From: Macrostomum hystrix
Taxonomy: Eukaryota; Animalia; Platyhelminthes
Length of the DNA: 64,000 bases
Direction of reading: 5' to 3'
NCBI GenBank assembly: GCA_950097015.1
Contig: CATNEN010000034.1
Span: 2,790,001-2,854,000 of the forward strand
Under the pieces are notes generated by a model. That model was not told the origin of the DNA. It saw only the letters and a list, made by a program, of their open reading frames with translations, and did no database searches. Shown here in pieces: positions 36,905 through 49,444 of this stretch. Position numbers and translations under genes: made by a program. Positions within the stretch are counted from its first letter, which is position 1. Every line of letters starts with the position of its first letter.

Positions 36905-37538
36905 TCTGAGTATCTGTGAGGCTTGATAATCCACCCTGAGGATCTGTGATGTTTGATAATCCAACCTGAGGATCTGTGAGGTTTGATAATCCAACCTGAG
37001 GATCTGTGAGGCTTGATAATCCACCCTGAGGATCTGTGAGGCTTGATAATCCACCCTGAGGATCTGTGATGTTTGATAATCCAACCTGAGGATCTGTGAG
37101 GTTTGATAATCCAACCTGAGGATCTGTGAGGCTTGATAATCCAACCTGAGGATCTGTGAGGTTTGATAATCCAACCTGAGGATCTGTGAGGCTTGATAAT
37201 CCAACCTGAGGATCTGTGAGGTTTGATAATCCAACCTGAGGATCTGTGAGGCTTGATAATCCAACCTGAGGATCTGTGAGGTTTGATAATCCAACCTGAG
37301 GATCTGTGAGGCTTGATAATCCAACCTGAGGATCTGTGAGGTTTGATAATCCAACCTGGGGATTTGTGAGGCTTGCTAATCCAACATGAGGATCTGTGAT
37401 GTTTGATAATCCAACCTGAGGATCTGTTGAGGCTTGATAATCCAACCTGGGGATCTGTGAGGCTTGATAATCTAACCTGAGGATCTGTGAGGCTTGATAA
37501 TCTAACCTGAGGATCTGTGAGGTTTGATAATCCAACCT
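36905..37538. repeat. 30-bp minisatellite CTGAGGATCTGTGAGG(C/T)TTGATAATCCAAC
   Basis: About 21 tandem units just downstream of the calmodulin-like stop codon. Confidence 0.95.
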
Positions 37539-37869
37539 AAAGGAGATAAGATATCTCATATATAATCATAGACTATAAGCAAATATCCGTATATACTATA
37601 GACTATAGTGCATATGCATGTTCTTGTCGTTTTGAAAGCTGATGTAGGAGTATTATAGTTTTTGTAAAAAATATAATTTTGTGTTTATCTACGCGGAATT
37701 TTGAAAATTCGCTTTATATACTACTATTTAAATCTTATCGTTTCTGCTTTATTTAAAGTATAAACTAGAATCACATTAACTTTATTAACTTTTTTATTTA
37801 GTTGAGTTTGTCAATATTGATTTTGTGGCCAGTATTGTCAATTGAATATTTAGTTTCTTAAGAACAAAA

Positions 37870-38150
37870 GGGTTTGTGGCCTACAGGTCGGACTCACGAC
37901 TTGACGGTCGGTGGTTCGATCACCAACTCCCTCTGAAACAATTTTTGTCCGATAGCAAGAAGCTTAACTCTGCATTGCTTCAGCTCACCCAGCTGTTAAA
38001 TGGGTGCCAGCATTGAGGGTGGGTGTGGCGTCCCCCCAGTCCATGGACTGAACAGCAGTACGCAGCCTTCAGATGCGCCGAGCTATAGCTGCGGCTGGTG
38101 CTGTCGGCTGCATATCTGACCCAATTGAGGCAGGTGTGAGAGGAGATAAA
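37870..38150 (+). mobile_element. CORE-type SINE, family A
   Basis: Second copy of 10789-11102, with GGTTCGATC head, CORE-like block and the same tail. Confidence 0.8.
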
Positions 38151-38460
38151 AATACTGAGCATCTAAATGTGTTAAATAGGTGCAATTAAAAACGATGTAG
38201 CACTCAATTCGAATAATTATATTTTTTTTGTGCGGTAAAAAGCAATAGGAAAGCAAAATAATGCACGATAAAATATTAGTTCATGTTTGAATGCATGCAG
38301 AATTATAAAAAGCAATTGTTAAAAAACTTTTGAAAAAAATCTTATTTTCCTTACGCGCATAATTTGAAGCGATCAGTTAATAAATTTTCGAATGCAAAAC
38401 AGTAGGAACACGAGACGTGGCAAAATAAGGTTAAAAAATCACTCCAAAAGTCATGAAATT

Positions 38461-41400
38461 CTACGTGAAGATTCGACCGCTGATGACAAAACCGCCAGGC
38501 TTCTCTGAAGACTGCTCTGAAACAGAAAATTAATTGCAAATCTGAGAGGATCTAAAGAGGGATTTCTGGATTTGTGGAGGGATGTGATTTCAATCTGAGG
38601 ATCTGTGGGATGTGGTTTCAACCTGAGGATCAGTGGGATGTGGTTTCAACCTGAGGATCTGTGGGATGTGGTTTCAATCTGAGGATCTGTGGGCCGATGT
38701 GGTTTCAATCTGAGGATCTGTGGGATGTGGTTTTCTGTCTCAGGATCTGTGGGATGGGGTTTTCTGTCTGAGGATCAGTGGGATGTGGTTTCAACCTGAG
38801 GATCTGTGGGATGTGGTTTCAATCTGAGGATCTGTGGGATGTGGTTTCAATCTGAGGATCTGTGGGATGTGGTTTCAGTCTGAGGATCTGTGGGATGTGG
38901 TTTCAGTCTGAGGATCTGTGGGCCGATGTGGTTTCAACCTGAGGATCTGTGGGCCGATGTGGTTTCAACCTGAGGATCTGTGGGATGTGGTTTCAGTCTG
39001 AGGATCTGTGGGATGTGGTTTCAGTCTGAGGATCTGTGGGATGTGGTTTTCTGTCTCAGGATCTGTGGGATGGGGTTTTCTGTCTGAGGATCAGTGGGAT
39101 GTGGTTTCAACCTGAGGATCTGTGGGATGTGGTTTCAATCTGAGGATCTGTGGGATGTGGTTTCAGTCTGAGGATCTGTGGGATGTGGTTTCAACCTGAG
39201 GATCTGTGGGATGTGGTTTCAATCTGAGGATCTGTGGGATGTGGTTTCAATCTGAGGATCTGTGGGATGTGGTTTCAGTCTGAGGATCTGTGGGATGTGG
39301 TTTCAGTCTGAGGATCTGTGGGCCGATGTGGTTTCAACCTGAGGATCTGTGGGCCGATGTGGTTTCAACCTGAGGATCTGTGGGATGTGGTTTCAGTCTG
39401 AGGATCTGTGGGATGTGGTTTCAGTCTGAGGATCTGTGGGATGTGGTTTCAGTCTGAGGATCTGTGGGATGTGGTTTTCTGTCTCAGGATCTGTGGGATG
39501 GGGTTTTCTGTCTGAGGATCAGTGGGATGTGGTTTCAACCTGAGGATCTGTGGGATGTGGTTTCAATCTGAGGATCTGTGGGATGTGGTTTCAGTCTGAG
39601 GATCTGTGGGATGTGGTTTCAATCTGAGGATCTGTGGGATGTGGTTTCAGTCTGAGGATCTGTGGGATGTGGTTTCAACCTGAGGATCTGAGGGCCGATG
39701 TGGTTTCAACCTGAGGATCTGTGGGCCGATGTGGTTTCAACCTGAGGATCTGTGGGATGTGGTTTCAGTCTGAGGATCTGTGGGATGTGGTTTCAGTCTG
39801 AGGATCTGTGGGATGTGGTTTCAGTCTGAGGATCTGTGGGATGTGGTTTCAGTCTGAGGATCTGAGGGCCGATGTGGTTTCAACCTGAGGATCTGTGGGA
39901 TGTGGTTTCAGTCTGAGGATCTGTGGGATGTGGTTTCAGTCTGAGGATCTGTGGGATGTGGTTTCAGTCTGAGGATCTGTGGGATGTGGTTTCAGTCTGA
40001 GGATCTGAGGGGTGTGGTTTCAATCTGAGGATCTGAGGGGTGTGGTTTCAGTCTGAGGATCTGTGGGCCGATGTGGTTTCAATCTGAGGATCTGTGGGAT
40101 GTGGTTTTCTGTCTCAGGATCTGTGGGATGGGGTTTTCTGTCTGAGGATCAGTGGGATGTGGTTTCAACCTGAGGATCTGTGGGATGTGGTTTCAATCTG
40201 AGGATCTGTGGGATGTGGTTTCAATCTGAGGATCTGTGGGATGTGGTTTCAGTCTGAGGATCTGTGGGATGTGGTTTCAGTCTGAGGATCTGTGGGCCGA
40301 TGTGGTTTCAACCTGAGGATCTGTGGGCCGATGTGGTTTCAACCTGAGGATCTGTGGGATGTGGTTTCAGTCTGAGGATCTGTGGGATGTGGTTTCAGTC
40401 TGAGGATCTGTGGGATGTGGTTTTCTGTCTCAGGATCTGTGGGATGGGGTTTTCTGTCTGAGGATCAGTGGGATGTGGTTTCAACCTGAGGATCTGTGGG
40501 ATGTGGTTTCAATCTGAGGATCTGTGGGATGTGGTTTCAGTCTGAGGATCTGTGGGATGTGGTTTCAACCTGAGGATCTGTGGGATGTGGTTTCAATCTG
40601 AGGATCTGTGGGATGTGGTTTCAATCTGAGGATCTGTGGGATGTGGTTTCAGTCTGAGGATCTGTGGGATGTGGTTTCAGTCTGAGGATCTGTGGGCCGA
40701 TGTGGTTTCAACCTGAGGATCTGTGGGCCGATGTGGTTTCAACCTGAGGATCTGTGGGATGTGGTTTCAGTCTGAGGATCTGTGGGATGTGGTTTCAGTC
40801 TGAGGATCTGTGGGATGTGGTTTCAGTCTGAGGATCTGTGGGATGTGGTTTTCTGTCTCAGGATCTGTGGGATGGGGTTTTCTGTCTGAGGATCAGTGGG
40901 ATGTGGTTTCAACCTGAGGATCTGTGGATGTGGTTTCAATCTGAGGATCTGTGGGATGTGGTTTCAGTCTGAGGATCTGTGGGATGTGGTTTCAATCTGA
41001 GGATCTGTGGGATGTGGTTTCAGTCTGAGGATCTGTGGGATGTGGTTTCAACCTGAGGATCTGAGGGCCGATGTGGTTTCAACCTGAGGATCTGTGGGCC
41101 GATGTGGTTTCAACCTGAGGATCTGTGGGATGTGGTTTCAGTCTGAGGATCTGTGGGATGTGGTTTCAGTCTGAGGATCTGTGGGATGTGGTTTCAGTCT
41201 GAGGATCTGTGGGATGTGGTTTCAGTCTGAGGATCTGAGGGCCGATGTGGTTTCAACCTGAGGATCTGTGGGATGTGGTTTCAGTCTGAGGATCTGTGGG
41301 ATGTGGTTTCAGTCTGAGGATCTGTGGGATGTGGTTTCAACCTGAGGATCTGTGGGATGTGGTTTCAATCTGAGGATCTGTGGGATGTGGTTTCAATCTG

Positions 41401-44400
41401 AGGATCTGTGGGATGTGGTTTCAGTCTGAGGATCTGTGGGATGTGGTTTCAGTCTGAGGATCTGTGGGCCGATGTGGTTTTCAACCTGAGGATCTGTGGG
41501 CCGATGTGGTTTCAACCTGAGGATCTGTGGGATGTGGTTTCAGTCTGAGGATCTGTGGGATGTGGTTTCAGTCTGAGGATCTGTGGGATGTGGTTTCAGT
41601 CTGAGGATCTGTGGGATGTGGTTTTCTGTCTCAGGATCTGTGGGATGGGGTTTTCTGTCTGAGGATCAGTGGGATGTGGTTTCAACCTGAGGATCTGTGG
41701 GATGTGGTTTCAATCTGAGGATCTGTGGGATGTGGTTTCAGTCTGAGGATCTGTGGGATGTGGTTTCAATCTGAGGATCTGTGGGATGTGGTTTCAGTCT
41801 GAGGATCTGTGGGATGTGGTTTCAACCTGAGGATCTGAGGGCCGATGTGGTTTCAACCTGAGGATCTGTGGGCCGATGTGGTTTCAACCTGAGGATCTGT
41901 GGGATGTGGTTTCAGTCTGAGGATCTGTGGGATGTGGTTTCAGTCTGAGGATCTGTGGGATGTGGTTTCAGTCTGAGGATCTGTGGGATGTGGTTTCAGT
42001 CTGAGGATCTGAGGGCCGATGTGGTTTCAACCTGAGGATCTGTGGGATGTGGTTTCAGTCTGAGGATCTGTGGGATGTGGTTTCAGTCTGAGGATCTGTG
42101 GGATGTGGTTTCAGTCTGAGGATCTGTGGGATGTGGTTTCAGTCTGAGGATCTGAGGGGTGTGGTTTCAATCTGAGGATCTGAGGGGTGTGGTTTCAGTC
42201 TGAGGATCTGTGGGATGTGGTTTCAGTCTGAGGATCTGTGGGCCGATGTGGTTTCAACCTGAGGATCTGAGGGCCGATGTGGTTTCAACCTGAGGATCTG
42301 TGGGATGTGGTTTCAGTCTGAGGATCTGTGGGATGTGGTTTCAGTCTGAGGATCTGTGGGATGTGGTTTCAGTCTGAGGATCTGTGGGATGTGGTTTTCT
42401 GTCTCAGGATCTGTGGGATGGGGTTTTCTGTCTGAGGATCTGTGGGATGTGGTTTCAATCTGAGGATCTGTGGGATGTGGTTTCAGTCTGAGGATCTGTG
42501 GGATGTGGTTTCAACCTGAGGATCTGAGGGCCGATGTGGTTTCAACCTGAGGATCTGTGGGCCGATGTGGTTTCAACCTGAGGATCTGTGGGATGTGGTT
42601 TCAGTCTGAGGATCTGTGGGATGTGGTTTCAGTCTGAGGATCTGTGGGATGTGGTTTCAGTCTGAGGATCTGTGGGATGTGGTTTCAGTCTGAGGATCTG
42701 AGGGCCGATGTGGTTTCAACCTGAGGATCTGTGGGATGTGGTTTCAGTCTGAGGATCTGTGGGATGTGGTTTCAGTCTGAGGATCTGTGGGATGTGGTTT
42801 CAGTCTGAGGATCTGAGGGGTGTGGTTTCAATCTGAGGATCTGAGGGGTGTGGTTTCAGTCTGAGGATCTGTGGGCCGATGTGGTTTCAATCTGAGGATC
42901 TGTGGGATGTGGTTTTCTGTCTCAGGATCTGTGGGATGGGGTTTTCTGTCTGAGGATCAGTGGGATGTGGTTTCAACCTGAGGATCTGTGGGATGTGGTT
43001 TCAATCTGAGGATCTGTGGGATGTGGTTTCAATCTGAGGATCTGTGGGATGTGGTTTCAGTCTGAGGATCTGTGGGATGTGGTTTCAGTCTGAGGATCTG
43101 TGGGCCGATGTGGTTTCAACCTGAGGATCTGTGGGCCGATGTGGTTTCAACCTGAGGATCTGTGGGATGTGGTTTCAGTCTGAGGATCTGTGGGATGTGG
43201 TTTCAGTCTGAGGATCTGTGGGATGGGGTTTTCTGTCTGAGGATCAGTGGGATGTGGTTTCAACCTGAGGATCTGTGGGATGTGGTTTCAATCTGAGGAT
43301 CTGTGGGATGTGGTTTCAGTCTGAGGATCTGTGGGATGTGGTTTCAACCTGAGGATCTGTGGGATGTGGTTTCAATCTGAGGATCTGTGGGATGTGGTTT
43401 CAATCTGAGGATCTGTGGGATGTGGTTTCAGTCTGAGGATCTGTGGGATGTGGTTTCAGTCTGAGGATCTGTGGGCCGATGTGGTTTCAACCTGAGGATC
43501 TGTGGGCCGATGTGGTTTCAACCTGAGGATCTGTGGGATGTGGTTTCAGTCTGAGGATCTGTGGGATGTGGTTTCAGTCTGAGGATCTGTGGGATGTGGT
43601 TTCAGTCTGAGGATCTGTGGGATGTGGTTTTCTGTCTCAGGATCTGTGGGATGGGGTTTTCTGTCTGAGGATCAGTGGGATGTGGTTTCAACCTGAGGAT
43701 CTGTGGGATGTGGTTTCAATCTGAGGATCTGTGGGATGTGGTTTCAGTCTGAGGATCTGTGGGATGTGGTTTCAATCTGAGGATCTGTGGGATGTGGTTT
43801 CAGTCTGAGGATCTGTGGGATGTGGTTTCAACCTGAGGATCTGAGGGCCGATGTGGTTTCAACCTGAGGATCTGTGGGCCGATGTGGTTTCAACCTGAGG
43901 ATCTGTGGGATGTGGTTTCAGTCTGAGGATCTGTGGGATGTGGTTTCAGTCTGAGGATCTGTGGGATGTGGTTTCAGTCTGAGGATCTGTGGGATGTGGT
44001 TTCAGTCTGAGGATCTGAGGGCCGATGTGGTTTCAACCTGAGGATCTGTGGGATGTGGTTTCAGTCTGAGGATCTGTGGGATGTGGTTTCAGTCTGAGGA
44101 TCTGTGGGATGTGGTTTCAGTCTGAGGATCTGTGGGATGTGGTTTCAGTCTGAGGATCTGAGGGGTGTGGTTTCAATCTGAGGATCTGAGGGGTGTGGTT
44201 TCAGTCTGAGGATCTGTGGGATGTGGTTTCAGTCTGAGGATCTGTGGGCCGATGTGGTTTCAACCTGAGGATCTGAGGGCCGATGTGGTTTCAACCTGAG
44301 GATCTGTGGGATGTGGTTTCAGTCTGAGGATCTGTGGGATGTGGTTTCAGTCTGAGGATCTGTGGGATGTGGTTTCAGTCTGAGGATCTGTGGGATGTGG

Positions 44401-44777
44401 TTTCAGTCTGAGGATCTGTGGGATGTGGTTTCAGTCTGAGGATCTGAGGGGTTTCAATTGAGATCAGTAATTGAATGCAGTCACTCACCAGTGACTCGTT
44501 TTCGATTTTTCCATTCAGCAATCTGAATTTCAACATTGTTTTGAGTCTTGAAGCTACGTGTCAGCGGCGGCAGCGGAGGCAGTGCCGTCAGCAGCTGGTG
44601 CATTATGTCGGTGTGTTGTTGGAGTAGTGTTCTCACCTGCCTTATCTCCTGCTCCAAGGCAGTGAGCATCGGCACTAGCGGAGTGAAGCCGTCTATGTTT
44701 TCTGGGCCTGCAATAACACGCAGGTCTTTCAGACCAATGTCTTCTCCGCTAGATTCGTAACTGCAAGCTGAGCTCAT
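38461..44777 (-). CDS. Small hypothetical protein (~114 aa, coiled-coil segment) with a 5.97-kb satellite-filled intron
   Basis: Exon 44777-44489 (donor G|GTGAGT) joins in phase to 38516-38461 (acceptor TTTTCTGTTTCAG), giving ..RKRVTEQSSEKPGGFVISGRIFT*. No recognisable domain. Confidence 0.6.
38570..44455. repeat. 5.9-kb 28-bp satellite CTGAGGATCTGTGGGATGTGGTTTCA(AC/AT/GT) with higher-order structure
   Basis: About 210 units; diagnostic variant units recur with an exact 1374-bp period. Confidence 0.97.
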
Positions 44778-45029
44778 CGTTCTCGGCTGCTAAACGAAAA
44801 ATCATCTAAACTTTTCAAGCGATAATTATACGACTCTGTAATATAGTTTGCGAGATCAACGCCTCCGTCCATTAAGCAATCAATCAATAAAGGAGTGAGG
44901 TGGGGCAACACTAGCTGGTGGCGGCAAAGGCTCAAATGACTAGTTTTTTTGGTGTACATTTGTGTGATGTTCAATTGGATTGTCGTACAAAATCATGTAC
45001 AATCGACGCGACTTTAGCCTTATTTAATA

Positions 45030-45201
45030 CACATTTTTACCCTCAATTTTGAACAACGAAAACTTCAATAGTGACAAACTCCGATTCAAATTCGACAGAA
45101 TTTACCATAGAGTGTAACTTTTGTCGTTCGCTGTGTCAAAATTGAATCAGAGTTTTTCACTATTGAAGTTTTCGTTGTTCAAAATTGAGGGTAAAATGGT
45201 G
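45030..45201. mobile_element. ~170-bp MITE with ~65-bp TIRs, CAC..GTG termini, TA duplication
   Basis: TA|CACATTTTTACCCTCAATTTTGAACAACGAAAACTTCAATAGTGA.. is inverted at ..TCACTATTGAAGTTTTCGTTGTTCAAAATTGAGGGTAAAATGGTG|TA. Confidence 0.85.
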
Positions 45202-45433
45202 TAGCAGTATAACCAAGCCTTAAAGAAATCCATTTTGCGCCAGTTCAATAGTACATGCTTTTCTTCTAATGTACTAATTTTTTCTTTGGGGCCTTAAGTT
45301 CAAATAGTCTATGGCTGTATTTGCTGAGCAATTCGTCCTGATTAAAGCATTCTCAAGCAAGTTATAGACCTTTTAGGTAGAATCACAGTTCCAATCTAGA
45401 CCAGAATTCTTCACTCCCGACAGCAATCAGGAA

Positions 45434-46754
45434 ATGTACGCGGGGCTCAGCTGCAAGAAGCAGTACCTGCTGCAGGTCACAGACGCCACTCTGAAGATGT
45501 TCAGCGACACCCGCGTGAAGGCGGCCTGCAACCGAACCGGCTGCTTGTTTGCTGTGCACAACCGAGTGCTGACCAGAAAACTGGGCGGCGCCCAGGCCAT
45601 GCGCTTCTGCATCTTCGAGATCAAAGGACCCACCGAGGGCGACCTGGAAAAGTGCAATCGAATCATTGAGAAGTACTTTCCCGACTACAAGATGCGCAAG
45701 GACTACAGCGAGAAGGAGGTCGCCGTCAGACTGAAGGTTGGTCAGTGGACACCAGACAATACCAGCCTGTACTTCTTAAACCAGAGATACGGCCTGGGGA
45801 AGGGCAAGCCTGGAGATCTGCAAAAGACGGGACCGGAAGATGGCGACAGCGCTCTGAAGCTGGGTGAGTAGTGAGCTAAGCTGCAGAGTAGGTTGTGAGC
45901 TAAGCTGCAGAGTAGGTTGTGAGCTAAGCTGCAGAGTAGGTTGTGAGCTAAGCTGCAGAGTAGGTTGTGAGCTAAGCTGCAGAGTAGGTTGTGAGCTAAG
46001 CTGCAGAGTAGGTTGTGAGCTAAGCTGCAGAGTAGGTTGTGAGCTAAGCTGCAGAGTAGGTTGTGAGCTAAGCTGCAGAGTAGGTTGTGAGCTAAGCTGC
46101 AGAGTAGGTTGTGAGCTAAGCTGCAGAGTAGGTTGTGAGCTAAGCTGCAGAGTAGGTTGTGAGCTAAGCTGCAGAGTAGGTTGTGAGCTAAGCTGCAGAG
46201 TAGGTTGTGAGCTAAGCTGCAGAGTAGGTTGTGAGCTAAGCTGCAGAGTAGGTTGTGAGCTAAGCTGCAGAGTAGGTTGTGAGCTAAGCTGCAGAGTAGG
46301 TTGTGAGCTAAGCTGCAGAGTAGGTTGTGAGCTAAGCTGCAGAGTAGGTTGTGAGCTAAGCTGCAGAGTAGGTTGTGAGCTAAGCTGTGGAGTAGATTGT
46401 AGAGATTGAGCATTGGATCCCATAAGAACCTGTCTGTTAATCAATCAGGACTCCACGCGCATCCAGAAAAATCCCAAAGACTTATCCCCACCCACCTGCA
46501 TCCCAGGTAACTCCATTGTGGACTCATTGGCCCGCAGTCTTCAGCAGGACTGGCCCGTCTCAGGGGATGTCAGCGGCCTCGCCAACCGCAGGCGCTGCCA
46601 GAGCCAGGGTACGCAGAGGGCGATGGCAGCGGCGGCTGCCGCATTCGAAGAGGAGAATCTGAATCGCCATCTGGGATTCAGAGAATGCGAAGCTATCTTG
46701 AAGAGCGAGGTAGACCGGCTCGAGTCTTACCTGAGCAACTTGAAACTAGTCTGA
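45434..46754 (+). CDS. Hypothetical protein (~225 aa), possibly a degenerate KH-like domain plus C-terminal coiled coil
   Basis: Exons 45434-45863 and 46507-46754, phase 1, total 678 nt; strongly GC3-biased codons like the other genes. Confidence 0.7.
45871..46390. repeat. 24-bp intronic array GAGCTAAGCTGCAGAGTAGGTTGT
   Basis: About 21 identical units starting a few nt after the donor. Confidence 0.97.
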
Positions 46755-46814
46755 GCTGCAGCTAAAAGTGCAGCGCTTTCGATAAGGTAAAAATCGGCTT
46801 TTAGGCTAATGGAG

Positions 46815-47310
46815 CACATTTAGCTGTCTCACATTTAGCTGTCTCGCATCTAGCTGTCTCGCATCTAGCTGTCTCGCATCCAGCTGTCTCACATCCAGCT
46901 GTCTCACATCTAGCTGTCTCGCATCTAGCTGTCTCGCATCTAGCTGTCTCACATCCAGCTGTCTCACATCCAGCTGTCTCACATCCAGCTGTCTCACATC
47001 TAGCTGTCTCGCATCTAGCTGTCTCACATCTAGCTGTCTCGCATCTAGCTGTCTCGCATCCAGCTGTCTCACATCTAGCTGTCTCGCATCTAGCTGTCTC
47101 ACATCTAGCTGTCTCGCATCTAGCTGTCTCGCATCTAGCTGTCTCACATCTAGCTGTCCCGCATCTAGCTGTCTCACATCCAGATGTCTCACATCTAGCT
47201 GTCTCACATCTAGCTGTCTTCACATCTAGCTGTCTCACATCCAGCTGTCTCACATCTAGCTGTCTTACATCTAGCTGTCTCGCATCTAGCTGTCTCACAT
47301 CTAGCTGTCT
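46815..47310. repeat. 15-bp array CATC(T/C)AGCTGTCTC(G/A)
   Basis: Tandem units just downstream of the 46754 stop. Confidence 0.95.
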
Positions 47311-47847
47311 CAATCCGTTTCCTTATCTGGCACTGTCATCACCTCCTTAGCAATAAAGACAAATTCTAATAAAATGACAACTGTTTAGCTTGCCTAATCT
47401 ATTTATTACCTCATCTTCAGAATCCTCGCTTGTTCACAAGGCTCGTCAGATGTCTTGAAGCGGTGGTTTGAAAACACGACATTAATTAATGGCGTCCGAA
47501 GTCTTGTTCATGAAAATCAATTGCATATTTTATAACTAGTTTTAGCCATTTTTCTTTCCGAATTCAAATAGAATTTTTTTTCAATTTTTTACTTGTCGCA
47601 TGCACAGCTCATTTAGCTGAAACTTTCGCTAAATTTCTTGACATTAGGGACACTGTCTTTTTTGCGCCTGATGTTGTATCATTTTTAACAAAATAACACT
47701 TCTCAATATAAATGCGACAAGTTAAAGAATGAGTTCTCTTAGTAGAAAGACTGAACACTTGCTTGGAAATAATTTTATTAACACAAAACATTGTCTTTGT
47801 AAGCTTACGTATTTTTTTTCAGAGCCTCTCTTTCATTTCTCTCTCAT

Positions 47848-48360
47848 TCCCCACTTCTCATTACTCTCTACTTCCCGCTCTCTACTTCCCACTCTCTACT
47901 TCCCGCTCTCTACTTCCCACTCTCTACTTCCCACTCTCTACTTCCCACTCTCTACTTCCCACTCTCTACTTCCCACTCTCTACTTCCCACTCTCTACTTC
48001 TCACTCTCTACTTCCCACTCTCTACTTCCCACTCTCTACTTCTCACTCTCTACTTCCCACTCTCTACTTCCCACTCTCTACTTCCCACTCTCTACTTCCC
48101 ACTCTCTACTTCCCACTCTCTACTTCCCACTCTCTACTTCCCACTCTCTACTTCTCACTCTCTACTTCTCATTCTCTACTTATCACTCTCTACTTCCCAC
48201 TCTCTACTTCCCACTCTCTACTTCCCACTCTCTACTTCCCACTTTCTACTTCTCACTCTCTACTTCCCACTTTCTACTTCTCACTCTCTACTTCCCACTC
48301 TCTACTTCTCACTCTCTACTTCCCACTCTCTACTTCTCACTCTCTACTTTCCACTCTCTA
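47848..48360. repeat. 14-bp array CTTCCCACTCTCTA
   Basis: Tandem units. Confidence 0.95.
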
Positions 48361-48897
48361 CTTTATCTCCAAACAAGCACCGGTTGTCTGATTGCTATTG
48401 AAGCCTATTATTTAATTTAGAAGCCTGTAGTTTCACAGTCAGTATTGTAGCAAATGTCTTGAATAAATTCACAAGTAAATTTAGTTTTAAACAAATTCTA
48501 CTCTCGATTAGCCGTCAGTCATGACTGCATGGGCAGCTGGTGGGTTGTTTCTAAGCAGAGTTAAGCGGCTTGAGCACTGCCCCTCCCCCACCCGAGAAAC
48601 AACTGCAGGCCTGCTCCATCTGCAAAGCTGTCAGTCAAGCAGCTGTCAAGTCTCGTGCGACAGGAACGGCCTTAGCTTTTCCTTAGTTTTAGCTTGAGTA
48701 ATGGGTATAGCTAGACAAGTAAGAAAGTAGGTGGATTTGCTGCAAAGATTTTAAAGGTCTTGCTACCTCTCACTACATGTCCATTCTGCTAACTGTATTT
48801 ACTTCCCCTTCAGAATGCATTTCTATTGATTGTTATTCATGGCAATGTCGCCCCTGGCAATTTAAAGCAACGTCTTGAGTTCTCCCTCAACTTCTGC

Positions 48898-49350
48898 CTT
48901 TACTTCACCTACTCTACTTCACCTACTCTACTTCACCTACTCTACTTCACCTACTCTACTTCACCTACTCTACTTCACCTACTCTACTTCACCTACTCTA
49001 CTTCTCCCTTCACTTCTACTACTCTACTTCTCCTAATTTACTTCTCCTAAACTACTTCACCTACTCTACTTCACCTACTCTACTTCACCTACTCTACTTC
49101 ACCTACTCTACTTCTCCCTTCACTTCTACTACTCTACTTCTCCTAATTTACTTCTCCTAAACTACTTCACCTACTCTACTTCTCCCTTCACTTCTCCTAC
49201 TCTACTTCTCCTAATTTACTTCTCCTAAACTACTTCACCTACTCTACTTCACTTCACTCACTTACTCTACTTCTCCAACTCTACTTCACCTACTCTACTT
49301 CTCCAACTCTACTTCTCCTTTCACTTCTGCTACTCTACTTCTCCTAATTT
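48898..49350. repeat. 14-bp array TACTTCACCTACTC with variants
   Basis: Tandem units. Confidence 0.9.
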
Positions 49351-49444
49351 ACTTCTCTCACCGGTTCTACTTCTGTGAGAGAAGTTATCCCTCTTCTTCT
49401 ACCACCCTATATCTCCCTCAAATTCTCTTACTGAACTTACCGCC

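Noticed and set aside
47310-47460. Possible small minus-strand exons
   Set aside because: Splice-like signals are present but no coherent reading frame or partner exons could be assembled.
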